From: Raillietiella orientalis
Lineage: Eukaryota
DNA length: 64,000 nt
Assembly: GCA_036172245.1 (NCBI GenBank)
Contig: JAYWIR010000026.1
Location: 186,001-250,000 of the forward strand
Direction of reading: 5' to 3'
Positions 1 through 12,400 of the stretch are shown here, in pieces. The notes below the pieces were generated by a model that saw only the letters and a list, made by a program, of their open reading frames with translations, did no database searches and was not told the DNA's origin. The translations under genes were made by a program, and so were the position numbers. Positions within the stretch are counted from its first letter, which is position 1. The number at the start of each line of letters is the position of its first letter.

Positions 1-1
1 G

Positions 2-1627
2 GTAGCCATCAGTCACACCATATATCAAGGTCAATCAGCAGCTATGCATAGCAATGAAGACAGTGTACAGGCAGTGTTATCTCTTGAGCTAACACTGGGT
101 TTTCTACATGGTTTGATTTTGGATGTTATTCCATCATGTCAAATGCAACAGATTCGATGTTACTTGATAGACAATTATGGATACATTATAACTCATCCAC
201 ATCTACCTATCAACAATGAACATCTTCACATCTTTCGTGAAGAGCCTCTAGTGGCAAATAGTATGTTGACACAGCCAATGTTTGTGCAGAAGCAAGCTTG
301 TAATAATCCCAAGGATCAGATGTTTCAAAGGTAGAATGGAAAATAATCTAGTGCACTCTTAATGTCAAACAGATGGTATAAATTTAATACGAGCTTTTCT
401 TCTGTGGTCACAAATGCTGCATCCGGACAGGCGTGTACTCAGTATCAAGCAATAGCTGTTCCTGGTACCAACACATTCCTAGTGATGATCAACCAATCAT
501 GTGATTCAATTGCACCATTCTGTCCATGTAGTTCAGTAAGATATTGCAATTTTTCTAGCTGTGTCATAGCCATTTTTAAGGCCTGCAACAGAGTTATTGA
601 ATTTGCTCACTTTGTTAGGTAGCACACGTCTGCCTGAACTGCTTTCGAATGGAGCCTAATGAATGTGAGTGCCCTTGCACATGCCCATCAGAACTAGAAT
701 TTTGTGATAAATATGCTCAACCTCCCAATTTGTGTCCAGCAAATTTCCAAGCAGAACAGAAGTCTATGATAGATGATCAGGAATCAGCAATGGATTTGCC
801 TATGTGTGTGCCCATTGCATGTGAAAGCTATAGCAGTCAAAGGTGAAGCTGTATGCAAAAAGAAAAGCACCCTTGCTAACTGTATCATGTCAGATCGTGT
901 TTAGGGGTACTAGGATGTCAGTGGTGTACAATAGATGCAGATGGAATAACAAAACTTCCTTTTCCTTATTGTAGTCCACATCTTCTTTGTTTTGGTGGAC
1001 AAAAAAAAGGATTCCATCCTTACTGGCAGCATGACAAAAGTATTTTCATAAAATCGTTTTCGTCACATACGTATTTTCTTTTCAGGTTATTTACCATCTG
1101 TGCAAGTAATGATCCAGAATTCTTCACCTGTTGGAATTATTGTTGGTGTTATCATTGGTTGTTTTTTGATGATTGGACTAATAGTTTACTGCTATAAGCA
1201 TCATGGAAATGAATTTAGTGCAAACAGAGTGATACAATCCCAGTGTTTGGTGCAAGATTCGGAAGGTGAGCACTTGGACATGAATTCCTGTATTGTAACC
1301 AGCAAGCAATCTCCCTTTCCGAATTTTACTCATATCACCTCTCCTTATAATTTGGAATGTTGGTCCCATTACAAAATACCTACAGCAGAATCTGACTATG
1401 GCTATTCCACTATGACTCCTTTAGAAGACAGTGAAACAACACATGCACCTTCTACTTTGCATGATCAAAACATGTCTGTTTCACTTCCCTCAGCTCATCA
1501 TTTATCTAATTCATCTAGTGAATGTGAATCTCAGTCAGATAGCGTATTTGCATTTAAAAGTGTTAATTCTGAGAAACCTAAAGGTTCTTGGATGTTGGTC
1601 TCTGCTCAAGTCCATGCTGTTAGCTAA
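2..1627 (+). CDS. CACHD1: VWFA and cache domain-containing protein 1, 3' part (5' end outside window); exons <2-330, 373-535, 619-842, 894-1039, 1086-1627
   Basis: Spliced translation gives ISHTI..CYLIDNYGYII.HP..RWYKFNTS..FCPCS..CLNCFRMEPNECECPC..CLGVLGCQWC.IDADG..CFGG..PY, a TM helix (GIIVGVIIGCFLMIGLIVYCY), ESDYGYSTMTP and terminal AQVHAVS, matching recalled CACHD1 motifs. All junctions are GT-AG and frame-consistent. Confidence 0.92.
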
Positions 1628-1695
1628 GTGCCATTGCAAATCAAGTATTCATAATTAAAATGTTTATAAAAATATATTTTTATACTCTGACATAA

Positions 1696-2773
1696 TTATC
1701 GGAACCATATGAGAAAGCTCAATAAAAAACAAGCTACAACTGCTGCAGCTGTGTATAAAGATATGCGCCGACCATTTTTGCTGGAACTAATCATTTTGTG
1801 GAAGTATGCACTACTGTTCCCCATCAATGCATCTGCATTATCAAAGTCTTCGGAGACACCATCCAGTACACGATTCTGTTCCTTGGTTTCCATTTCAATA
1901 TCAAAGGCAAGCTGACAAATTTAAGAAATGTTGAACAAACATGTTGAAAACTTATGTGTAGCAGTTCTTCATAACATTAAAAATTAACAATAGTTAACAA
2001 CTCGATAACGAATTCATTTAAATTCCGATTTTCATCACTAAAAGCCCTAGAGAGAAGACCAATTTTGTAAATACGAAGTTTACGACTAAAATGGTTTCCA
2101 GAACAATCAGAGAATAGGGTTGTTTTTTTTGCTTTGTAATGCTTCAACGATTTTCCTAGGAATTTAAATACAATGTAACAACATTGCTAGCATTTAGTAC
2201 TTTTGTTAGCTCAAACCTGATTGTATAATGATCTCAACAAGCATTTCTGAAATAAAAATTAACAAAATATTGGTTCAACTCACAGATTTCAGTCTTTTCA
2301 CTTTGTTTGTTAAGTCATTTGTGTAATCCTTGTTTTGTTCTTCAATTATGCAAAAGGAATCTGCAATGTATTTTTTACATTCATTAACACTTCACATAAA
2401 TAATACATCTGCAAGTATTCATACACATGGATAATTTTCAATATGCATTCCCAATTTGCCCCCTCAATGAGATAAAACGATAGTTCGTACTAATGTCACG
2501 CTACAAAATGTTAGATCGTCCTTGTAACTTTCCACTAGATTTTCATCATTAGAAATAATCCTAAGGTTGCACATTAAGGCTACTGATAGCAGCAATGGAT
2601 TATTTTGTACACTGGAAAAAAATTTCGAAACATCTTTATTGCTGCACGCGAGACTTGATTCAGAGAACATAAACTGACTTTTTGACTAAACTAATTGGGA
2701 GTGCACTGATGACCTATGATATAATGAAATGTGAAAAATTGCAATTACCTTTTGTTGCACTCCAGGAACCCAT
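1696..2773 (-). CDS. BET1L: BET1-like Golgi Qc-SNARE (GS15); exons 2773-2749, 2360-2284, 1911-1696
   Basis: Spliced protein MGSWSATKDSFCIIEEQNKDYTNDLTNKVKRLKSLAFDIEMETKEQNRVLDGVSEDFD...GRRISLYTAAAVVACFLLSFLIWFR has a SNARE coil and C-terminal TM anchor. KV.RLKSLA.DI..E...QNR.LDG is characteristic of BET1L. Junctions are GT-AG. Confidence 0.9.
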
Positions 2774-3292
2774 CGTGCATTCGCACAACGTTAAAACGCA
2801 CCTTTCACTGTGCACTAATTTAACCTGAAATCTACTACGAAACGAACACAAAATGTCAAGCACTTCAGATACGTACAAGATCAGCAGATTACTTACAAAA
2901 ATTCATCTAAAACTTGCACTTCCCAACACACTTGCCCACACAAACTCAAAAGGGAAACCCAATTACGGAAACAACGACCATTCAAACGTTATTGCTGTGT
3001 CGGTTTGCAAGAGATTTCGACACTTTGCTCTCAGCCAAAAGGCCGAGAAGAGACCTCGAGTCGGAACTCCTTGTTGTGACACGCACACTGATTACATCAT
3101 TTATTTTGTTGCATTACATGCATGAATGGCATACGGGAGTGTTGAATGGAAAAAGCAAAACAATAAAAAAGGCAAAAAAGGCAAACAAACACGTACGCAG
3201 TCCACACGTATGTCGCAACAGATTTTTCTGCTGGAAAAAAGACACACACACACACACACACAAGCTTCCTCAAGGCATACTGAAAACCAGTA

Positions 3293-6200
3293 TTACTGAA
3301 CGTCAGTGGCCCTGAACACAAATTCTTTGGACAAACTTCCATGATTTCCGTTCCTACGCGACGTGTGCAGAGGAATCTCCCACGGCCACAGCCTACGTCC
3401 ACGGTAAGGGTTGCCACCGAAACCTGCAAAAGCGTCTTCTGCAATTCCTCGGGATTCTCTCTCCTACCTTCTATACTGCCTCTATCGCGTGTGCAACCTG
3501 TGATGGTTACAGATAAAAAATAAAAGAGGAGTTTTCGATGCATCGGGTGGACTCAAAGCTGTTTTGTTTGTTCTTTGTACCGTGCTTCAGATGAACCTTG
3601 ACCTTCACAGCAGTATCGATTTCATCAGAAGGAAGCCTGGAAGCCAACGATGCCACGGCATGGAAACGCAGCCTTCGGTACGAACAGGGAGGAGAAGTTC
3701 CCAAGTTTATCTCGTTAATGTAGACTAATAATCTTTTTAAAAAAATGAACACGAAGACGCACACGCAGGAAAATGAGTCAACACAGAGAGAGGAAGGCTA
3801 CTTTTAGGAACGCGAATCAGCCGCACCCCAAAAACAATTGTTCCAAACAACAGGAATGTGCTGGATAATGCACTGCAAATGTATGGCAGCAAGAAGCTTA
3901 GGCAAAGGGAACTGTTGGACTGCGTATTCTCCTCTCAAAGCTTTATCTTGTCACAAGCCACAATATATCAATATGCAAGACAAGCAAAAAATATCGGTGA
4001 TTGCACGATGAGTAAACCTGAACCATATTTCCAAGAAAGTTGTCTGAGCAACCACTAGGTATATTGTAAATACCGCAGTGTTGTTTCAGTTGAGTGCACA
4101 AAGGAGGGCTAATTTTCCGATAGCAATGCGATCTGGATTCTTTCGTGTGAGGGATACAAAACTTTTCACAGAAAAGACACTGAATGATTCTTATAGATAA
4201 TAATAATTGTTCATTAATAAACATTCACTTGGAGAAGATTTAGGATATACTTTTATCCATCAGTTTAATTTTACAATTTCCAAGGGTGAATAATTCCTTT
4301 TTAGAGGACTCATTTGCACAATTCATTTTCATTGCGAATTGCCGGGCATTTGTTGTAAAAATAATAAATTTACGCTCTTGGTAGAACACTTGGTTCTACC
4401 ACGTACGCAAACAAATGAAGTTCGATCCCACTTGCCACAAGGACTTTTCTGCGGTGATACGGAGTTCGAGGAGAAACAAAAGACAAATAACAGTAAAGTT
4501 GTAGAAAAAATGCTTCCTGAGGAGGGATGGGACTGGGGAAGGGGTCACTGTGTGCCCCGCGACGTCCCGTTCATCCTCCGAAGGGTGCTGGCAAGGTGAC
4601 CCTTGTCTTGACCCGAATGAAACCATCCCGCGGCGCTCCTCAGAAAGAGTACCGATGGATGGCGCCTGTCTCGTTGGCATCTTCATGTTGGCGTTCCATG
4701 CCGGCAACTGTCCCTCGCATGCAGCTCACGGTTGTCACGCACGCAGAAGCAGTGCTTCACGCACGAAGAGGCGCTTGTTATTGTATCTGGGGTTGCTGCC
4801 AGGGATGAGGAGGGCCGTTGCAAAACGTTCCCACAGGGGAAGGAGAGCATCACAGTCAAGGAGCGGGTGCAGGAGACTCTCCCACGGATTTCACGGAATT
4901 CATATCAACGATGATTTATGAATCTCCGTGCTCTCATGCACGCCCAAAAGAATGGGCTTCCATCACCAGTTTTGGTAAGAAACCACGAGCTCATATCAAA
5001 TTATTGAGGAAATTTGCGTCATGGAAGTTTTTCCGGTTCTACCCAATAACATCCAGCACTTTACCATTATCTTTTGCGGAGCCCACAATACGATCGTGCA
5101 ACTATGATCATCCGATCAAAAACCATATCACTAGAGTTGGTGAAGTCTGGAGAAATTATTTGACAGACGAACAAAAACAAATCGCATTCAACCCTTCCGA
5201 ACCCAGTTGTTTCAAAAGCTAAGCATCAGGCATTCTCGAATGTGTGAGTCTGCAGAAACTCCCAAAGCATTCACAAGCACAACACGCAATAAAATTCAAC
5301 AGGCAGATTTGTTTCCACATCACAGTGTGATGACGAGAAACAAATTTCGGCAATTCCGGGGTTTACGCTTCATTCATCCCTGCAGGACCATTCATTCTCA
5401 AATTCCTGAGGGCTCTCCGTCAGTCAACAAACCTCCTTCGGCGCGGAGCACTCCCCGATTCGGCTGCCCGAGCATTCCCCGTCAGTTCCCGGTCCTGTGG
5501 ATGGCCGACTGAAAGATGCAAGTGGCCGGCATTCCTCACGAAACGCTCGCATGGACTCTGGAGGCGGAGCAGCAGCAGCCCACTGTCCCCGCACCGCGGT
5601 GGTCACTCTTCCGCCTGCAGCTACGAAAGCCTTCCTCCTCGACGCGGAATACACCGAAGCTCTTTGCGCGGACGCCGGACGTGTTTTCGATTCACCCCGT
5701 AACCCGCGGATGCTCCCAACTCGCCGTGATCGATTTGGGAGGACATAACGGTACTCGAAGACGATTAAAGAGCGGCGACACCGACTCCAGACGTTGCCGA
5801 GCAGTGCCTGCTGCGGAGAGGAAACAGGAACGGAGCGGGGTCGGCCCATCGCGATTCCTGTTGGAGTGTGGGTGAAAGATGCAGCTGCGGGATGACGATG
5901 CTTCGAGAGCGTTCGATTCCTCTCGAACGCGATTTCGCCGCTGCCCACTCCGAATTCGCTGCCCCGAAGACACGCAGCGTCCCGCAGGAGTGGGCCGGAC
6001 GAACAACGTGAGGGTTGCCGTGGCTCCTCCGCACGGCCGGAGAATTCCTCCGCGGCGGTGACCAGGGAAGCCACACGTTCCTTTGCCACGCGCACGGACG
6101 ACAACCGTTGGAGCCGCTTCGTGCCACCGAAGGGAAAAATCGACGGACTGGCAACCACCGGAGACGGGGCGCTCGCTTCGCCTTCGGGCACGAAGCTCCA

Positions 6201-6558
6201 AGTCAGTCACTCACCATCGCTGCCGTTTCCCAACCCACAAGGTCGGAAGCGCCGTGGGTTCCTCATCTCCTCTTTTTGTATGCCATCCCATTTCGTGCGC
6301 TTCCATAGAAGCAAATCGGACCTGACCATGCAGGACAGGGCGGACGGTATCATCGCATTTCACGGAGGGGAGTTGCAAAGACCACCACCACCACCACCAG
6401 CAGCGTGTGGCGCGAGATGCTGAAGAATCCTGAAGACGATTTCTGCGTAGGAAGAGAAGAACCTTTGGCTGCGCACATTCCAAGTCCCATTTTTTCCTCA
6501 CCCTAGCCGACCATAGGAGTTCGTCGCGCACTCGGCATGCTTTTCCGGTACGTTGTTT
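3293..6558 (-). CDS. Putative uncharacterised multi-exon protein, 5' end unresolved; exons 6558-6512, 6442-6364, 6321-6215, 6181-5540, 5508-5433, 5101-5065, 4108-4074, 3672-3581, 3497-3468, 3423-3293
   Basis: Ten GT-AG-bounded segments join in one open frame, with several introns of 31-69 nt like those of neighbouring genes: NNVPEKHAECATNSYEIVFRILQHL..SDLLLWKRTKWDGIQKEEMRNPRRFRPC..SRCRRSLIVFEYRYV..RRRSCTIVLWAPQKIMPSFVHSTETTLRLRFHA..VKVKVHLKHGCTRDRGSIEGFGGNPYRGRRLWPWEIPL..*. The model was assembled by hand, and the 4108 and 5101 acceptors are weak. Confidence 0.55.
4570..4900 (+). mobile_element. Degenerate non-LTR retrotransposon RT fragment inside an intron of the unknown gene
   Basis: VTLVLTRMKPSRGAPQKEYRWMAPVSLASSCW followed by QKQCF resembles RT motifs (TILI.K..GDP...WRPISL.S; QKGF). 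It is frameshifted and forms a GC-rich block in AT-rich flanks. Confidence 0.35.
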
Positions 6559-8539
6559 CTTACCGGGGAGAACAAATACAGAGGACGGCCGTGGTTTCGG
6601 GAAAACCACATCAAATGGTGACCTTGCCCACCCGACTTTGTATTGCACTCCTGAGTGCAGCACTTCGGTCCGCTGACCGATGTCGCTGCAGCGTCCTCAG
6701 CTGAAATGTTGCGCGCAGTTCTGTTGCTGTGGCAACTTGGTGATCTCCAAGTGGGCGGAAAAACCTCATACTTGGAGAGAATCTTCATGAAAGTGGGAAT
6801 CCAATTAAGTCGGTGCAATGTGGTTGCAAATCGTGTGATGCAAGCTAAAATAATTACACATGGAGTTCAAGAGAATTAATATTTAAATATTGTAGATGCT
6901 TGGTTGTCTTTTTATTTCTTTCTTGGAATTCCCACTTGAGAAGTCTTCATATTGAATGATATCGGCATGATATTTCAGCAGTTTGCCCTAGGTTTTGCTT
7001 TCATCCTGTGTTTGCGAAAACTGTGTACAGAATACAGTATCCATCAAAGCTTATTCTTTTTGTGCACGCATTGTGAATTACGAAAGTGTATTCCAGAACA
7101 AATGAACTTTTAGTGGAACTCATGTGCGAATAGAAAATTTAACACGGATTGTCGCAAACCTGAAAAGACGAAAGTGCAGATGTTTTAATAATTCTGTCCG
7201 TTGCTTAATAGCACCACTAACGTCACATTCGGTTCATTGCAGTACATGAAACAGATGCCTTTGTTTAACTTGCAGAGGAAACTGAGGAAAAGATTCATAA
7301 TTTGAAACGGCCAGTTTTAGACAAGACAAGCAAAACTGATAGGAAAAAATATACACTTTATTTTGTACTACTTAGTGCACTTTGTTTTTCCTTTTGAATG
7401 TGATCAAGAAAACTTTCCAATCTTGTCATAAGGAAGGATACTTATAAGTTGCAGGGCTAAAGTATGGGATGTAATATCTTGTTCGAAGGAACTGTTGAGT
7501 ACGATTTGGCATGCAGATAAGTTTGTTATTAGCTTTCCAGATTGTTTATCTATATTATGGCTATTTTTTTGTGAAACGAAGTTTTTCATGCCTATTTTCT
7601 CCCTATGTAATGGAACACACTTTAGTTTTGTTATTGTCATTAATGTTTACTGGCAATGCCGATGATTATTTTCCATTAAATTTTTTCGCCTCGGAAAATG
7701 TATCTCTTATTCCAAAAGGAGGTTTTTGTTAGCATTTTCGAAGATTACATTTCAAAATGTCCTGGAATAGCTTCGGCAAGTAGTTTTTGGCTTATACTTC
7801 TTTTTTGTAAATTAATGGTACGTGTAATGCCTGCCTTGATTTGGCTCTTTCAAACTTGACATGAGAAAATGTTTTTCAGTTGTAAGTTTCCTGAGGAAAC
7901 TGTGGGTTCTTCACGAGTTCATTGGATTGCAGGTTATTCACAGCAAGTTCAGGTAGTCACGTAGGTATGGTAAACATCATTTATGAAGGATAATGTTCAA
8001 AATGGCCATAATTTGAATATATTCGGGCGTATCCTTTTGAGTACAATGGGCATGCTAACTGTACCAGCAAACTAAGCAGAATTATTTTAGTATCCTTTCA
8101 TTGTTAATCAATAGAGTGCAGAAGTGGAAGGCACAAATGCATGTGTGTATGTGTGTGTGTGTGTAGTGTTTATGATGTTATTCCTGCAAATTTGGTTCCA
8201 TCAGTGAGGAGAGGGTGTGCGTTTATGAAAGAAAGAACCGTCCCCCCCGTTTTCCATGTAATTTGAAAGGAGGAAGAATATGTGTATGGCTGAGGGTCAC
8301 TCATGAAGACAGTTGCTCTATGTAAAGACACTTCAATGGGGAAGTAAAATGGGTTCAGACATTTATGGTTCTTCTTGAAAAGATGCCGATTTTGTGCTTC
8401 TTGAGGAATGCCTGTGCATCCCTTAAATTCAGTTGTCGGATGAGTGCCGTGCGATAGGGTCGTACGTGTACACTTGGAGTGGGATTCTCGCTGTACCCGT
8501 TGTCGTCGTTGCACTTCATTTCGAAGGTGAACCCGAGGT

Positions 8540-9271
8540 TATCCCCGGGAGGATCCGCGTGACCACCCATTCCGAACGGGGAAACGCCATCCCGGAGACA
8601 AACCTTCCTTTCCCCTTTGCTCACCCCGGACCCCCGTGCCAGCAGAGCACGTGAGGGGTGCACCTCCCCGTTGCGAGACGGCACGCGTGGTCCACCGCTC
8701 CGGTCGCGGCCGGAGAGGTCAGCCGCCTGACTCGCGGAAGCGCCGACGTCACCGGGAATCTGGAGGAGAAGCCCGCAGGCGTTTCTCCCCCCCCCCTCCC
8801 CGGGTACTCCGCCTGGCTCGCGAGCGGCCGCCGCGCGCTTGCATGCGAAGGTGCCACCGCGAATCCTTCTTTCCCTTCTCTCCGCAGAAAAAAAAAAAAG
8901 GCAAAAAAAGTGCGCTTGGCATTTTCGTTCTTCTCGCGACGTTTTTCCTTTTTTCCAAAAGAGAAAAAAAAAAAAAGGAAAAAAAATGCGTCTGGAAAAA
9001 TCGCCCCTCGCCCGGTGCGGAAAGTGCAACGTTTGTTGCGCACGGAGGCGGAGGGGGGGAGCCGCGAAGCGCCTCCCAATTAATCCCATCGCGGCAGCCC
9101 TTCGCGAACTTTCGCGAGCGTGGGGACGCTTGTGGCTCGGCGCCCCCCCTCCCGGCCCCCCCCTTTCCTTTTTTTTCCCACGGGAGTCGCGACCGTTCCG
9201 GGGAACTGTGTGTGCTTTTGCTGGCCTTTTGTTCCCACTGCTGCCTACGAAAGCACTCCCTACTTGCGCGA

Positions 9272-9303
<32 letters not shown>

Positions 9304-9462
9304 GTTCCAATTATTTTCGTACTTTGCTCAGTGTACCGCCGTGTTGCTCTGAAGTGTTCTCCGTGCAGCACGCTGCCCATCGGAGACGTCCCTGCGAGGT
9401 GCTGCCATTCGAAATTCCCATACGATGATCGTAGAGAAGCGACACGCAGTCCGAGTGCCCAA
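8540..9462. promoter_or_regulatory. CpG-island-like promoter region of FAF1, possibly bidirectional with the unknown minus-strand gene
   Basis: Very CpG-rich with poly(dA:dT) tracts, immediately 5' of the FAF1 ATG. Contains a perfect alternating (CG)n(TG)n tract at 9272-9305. Confidence 0.5.
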
Positions 9463-12400
9463 ATGACGTCTCCATCGAGGGAAGAAATCCTTGCAAATTT
9501 TCAGGTGGGAGTTTTTGCATACGGCCGGAAAGGCCAACGCGTGGACGGAAGGAATGGCTGTCGCACTCCAATCCAATTTCAAGCAATGGCGAGCCCTTTT
9601 CTCCCTCTCTGCCCCGGGAACTCCGGCAATGCTTCTTAGCGTTGCAACGTAATTTCTTTTTGCCGTTTCCACTTTTTTCCTAATCCCATGTAATGAAAGC
9701 AGCTGTTACTTCGCATCGGGTTGCATGTGTGTGAGCTTTTTCGTCGGGTTTCAATGACCTAAATGTGCAAATTTGCTGCGTGTGTGTGTTTTGCCAGAGC
9801 CTGTTAACGATGTTTAATGTGTACTGATTTTAGGCCTGTACAGATATACAAGATCTTAGCCAGTGTATTTTACACTTGGAAGAAACAAATTGGAATCTTC
9901 AGGTATAAGCATAGCATACTACCAGTTTAATTAAGCAAGTTTTTCTTCATTTAAGTGTATTTGTTAAGCTAAGTTTCTTTTTCAAATGTAATTAAGACAG
10001 TTATTAATGACAATATTAATTACACCATGTATTATAGGATGCAATTAATTTGGTTCTTCCTGATGTCAGTCATTCAAGTGTAAATCATGATGAGGATCAG
10101 TCTGATGTGCAGATCATTGGATCTTATATTCCAAAACGATCTGCGTGGAATCAAAATCATGAACCCGAGATTCAGGATGAAATTGTTGATTTGGTTGCTA
10201 ATAATTTTTTCCCTTCAAGAGGAAGGAGCAATGTTGCCATGGTGTGTATCAAGTTGCAATCAAAATTATCCATATCACCAACAGCTGAGGGGCTTTTCCT
10301 TATAATCAAACATGTCTTCATCTAAAGCATTTGTTACCTGGTTGCATGTTGCTTCAGATTTTCTGGTGTTCGCACCAAATGGTATACATTCCAAAGTGTT
10401 TGTGCTCATATTTCGTAAAAGAGTGCATGTATGTAGTTCTGCAAATGCTGCCTTTCAGACGATGCTGAATGTTTTAAATAAATTTGTCTGAAGTGGTGTT
10501 ACTATTAATCACAGTACGATCGGTATGTAAACAGTTGCATGGAGGTAATCCTAATAAAAAAGAAAATTGTTGGAATTTGAGATTGGTAGTTGTTACTTTG
10601 GAAACCTCATTTCTTGCTGAAACTGATGGGGTTAGCCATTTGTTTTTGACATTCATGCATATGTGATAAATAAACATGCACGCAAATTTATCAGTTCTGT
10701 TAGTGATGCGCCAAGAAAGCCTAACATCTGTTTTGTGAGCATTACAAAATGCAGCTTTGCAAACAATGTAAATAGTAAAACTTAAAACAGCTAACTAATT
10801 TTTGTGTGAATTAGGTTTGTGCGTTAAAGTGACTCGACTCATGTGTATTATTGTTCTAATGGGCTATTGGTTGATTATTGCAGTTGCACTTAGTGTTATT
10901 GTGGTTGATTTCTTGAAGTCTTTGATGTTTGTTTTTTTTCTATTTGGTTGCTACTTTATTTTAGGCTCCAACTGATGTTCAACCATCCTCAAGTTTTAGA
11001 GATTGCACTTCAAGAACGCTAACTTTTCAAATCCAGTACAAAGATCAGTTGTTCTATATTCAGATAGCTGAGTCACAAACAGTTGGTAAGGAAGCAATGT
11101 TTAGTTCTTCTTAATATAACCATACTTAATAGGTGCACTGAAGCAGTTGCTTTATATGAAATGTGGTTTGCCTCCTTGTCAACAGGATTTATATGGATGG
11201 AATTCAGCGCAGCAAATTTCTAATGATACTATATTAGCTAATCTTAACTTGCCTCAAGTCAATACTCTCCATCTGCAGAGTCCAAGTCAACCTGAAGAGT
11301 TTGCAAATAGTAATCGGTGGCTAGAGTGAGTGACAAAGCATAAAGAAAAAAACTCATATCTGATGCATTATTTAGTCGGCTGTGTGCAACATTTGCCCTA
11401 AACATCCTAGACTTGGAGAGCAAAGAGACTTATCACCTGAAGTATTCTGGTGCCAAAACAGTCCGCGAGATTAAGCAAGATGTTCATAATTTGACGGACA
11501 TCCCCATACATGGACAGTACTGGCATGGCTGGCCAGATAACATGGATGATGATTCGGTGCCTATGATGCCTGGTAGGGTTTCATGCTGACTTAACTTTTC
11601 ATTACGTGTTGCAGACCACTCTTGCCGGTTTGAGTATTCCTTTGGAAGTTGATCTTTCTGTGCGAAGACACGAATGTCCTAAACTATTCCTCAGCAAGAA
11701 GCGAGTGAGTTGCTTTTACGGATTACCAGACCTGTGTTCTTGGAGGTTGTAGTAGATATGACCAGTGACAGTGAAGAAGAATTTGCAGATGCTTCAGATA
11801 GCTTAATAGATGATGAGATTTTTATTAGTGATTCTGGTAGTTCCAGAAAACTTCAGCTATTGAGTAAGTTCTCTTGGTGGTGGAGCCTAATTAACTTGCT
11901 TTATTCATAGTCCCAGAAGGTATAGATGATGAAACAGAAGCTTGCATTCATTTTAGCACAAGCTTTTCCAGCCGATATGGTCCAATCCATCCAGCGTTTT
12001 TTCCAGGGTCACTTCGGGATGCACTTAACGAACTGATCAATAAGCCACCTAAAGAAGTATTACATTCAGCTCAGAAAATCCCTTGAAAAATCCCTGTTTT
12101 GTTTTAGAGAAAACTCTTGGCCATCTATCTGCATGATGATACCAGTGTTCTTGTTAATGTGTTTTGTGCCCAGTTGCTGTGTTCTGAAAGTATTGTCACA
12201 TTCCTTAGCAACAATTTTATCATCTGGGGATGGGATATGACACTGGATGCAAACAAAACCAAGTACTGTTCTTTATTCTTATTTTTACAAGTGCTTTGTG
12301 ATGCTTCTAGAGTGTTGGCATCGATTACTGCTCACTTTGGATCAGTGGTGTCCAACTCCATTAGCATGCTGCGCAGAGATCTGCTTCCCGTTTTGCTCAT

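Noticed and set aside
2464..2670. 68-aa ORF, and a possible C/D snoRNA (ATGATGA at about 2548) in BET1L intron 1
   Set aside because: The ORF has no recognisable features. There is no canonical CTGA D box or terminal stem at the expected distance.
3097..3543. Minus-strand ORF containing VDVGCGRG, resembling SAM-methyltransferase motif I
   Set aside because: No other methyltransferase motifs, and the ORF runs into a (GT)n microsatellite. The same bases read GFGGNPYRGRRLWPW in the frame that fits the spliced gene model.
8355..9639. Long overlapping ORFs (341, 266, 238 aa) upstream of FAF1
   Set aside because: Translations are dominated by homopolymer and dinucleotide runs (poly-K/F, RARA, CVCV), typical of stop-poor GC-rich promoter DNA.
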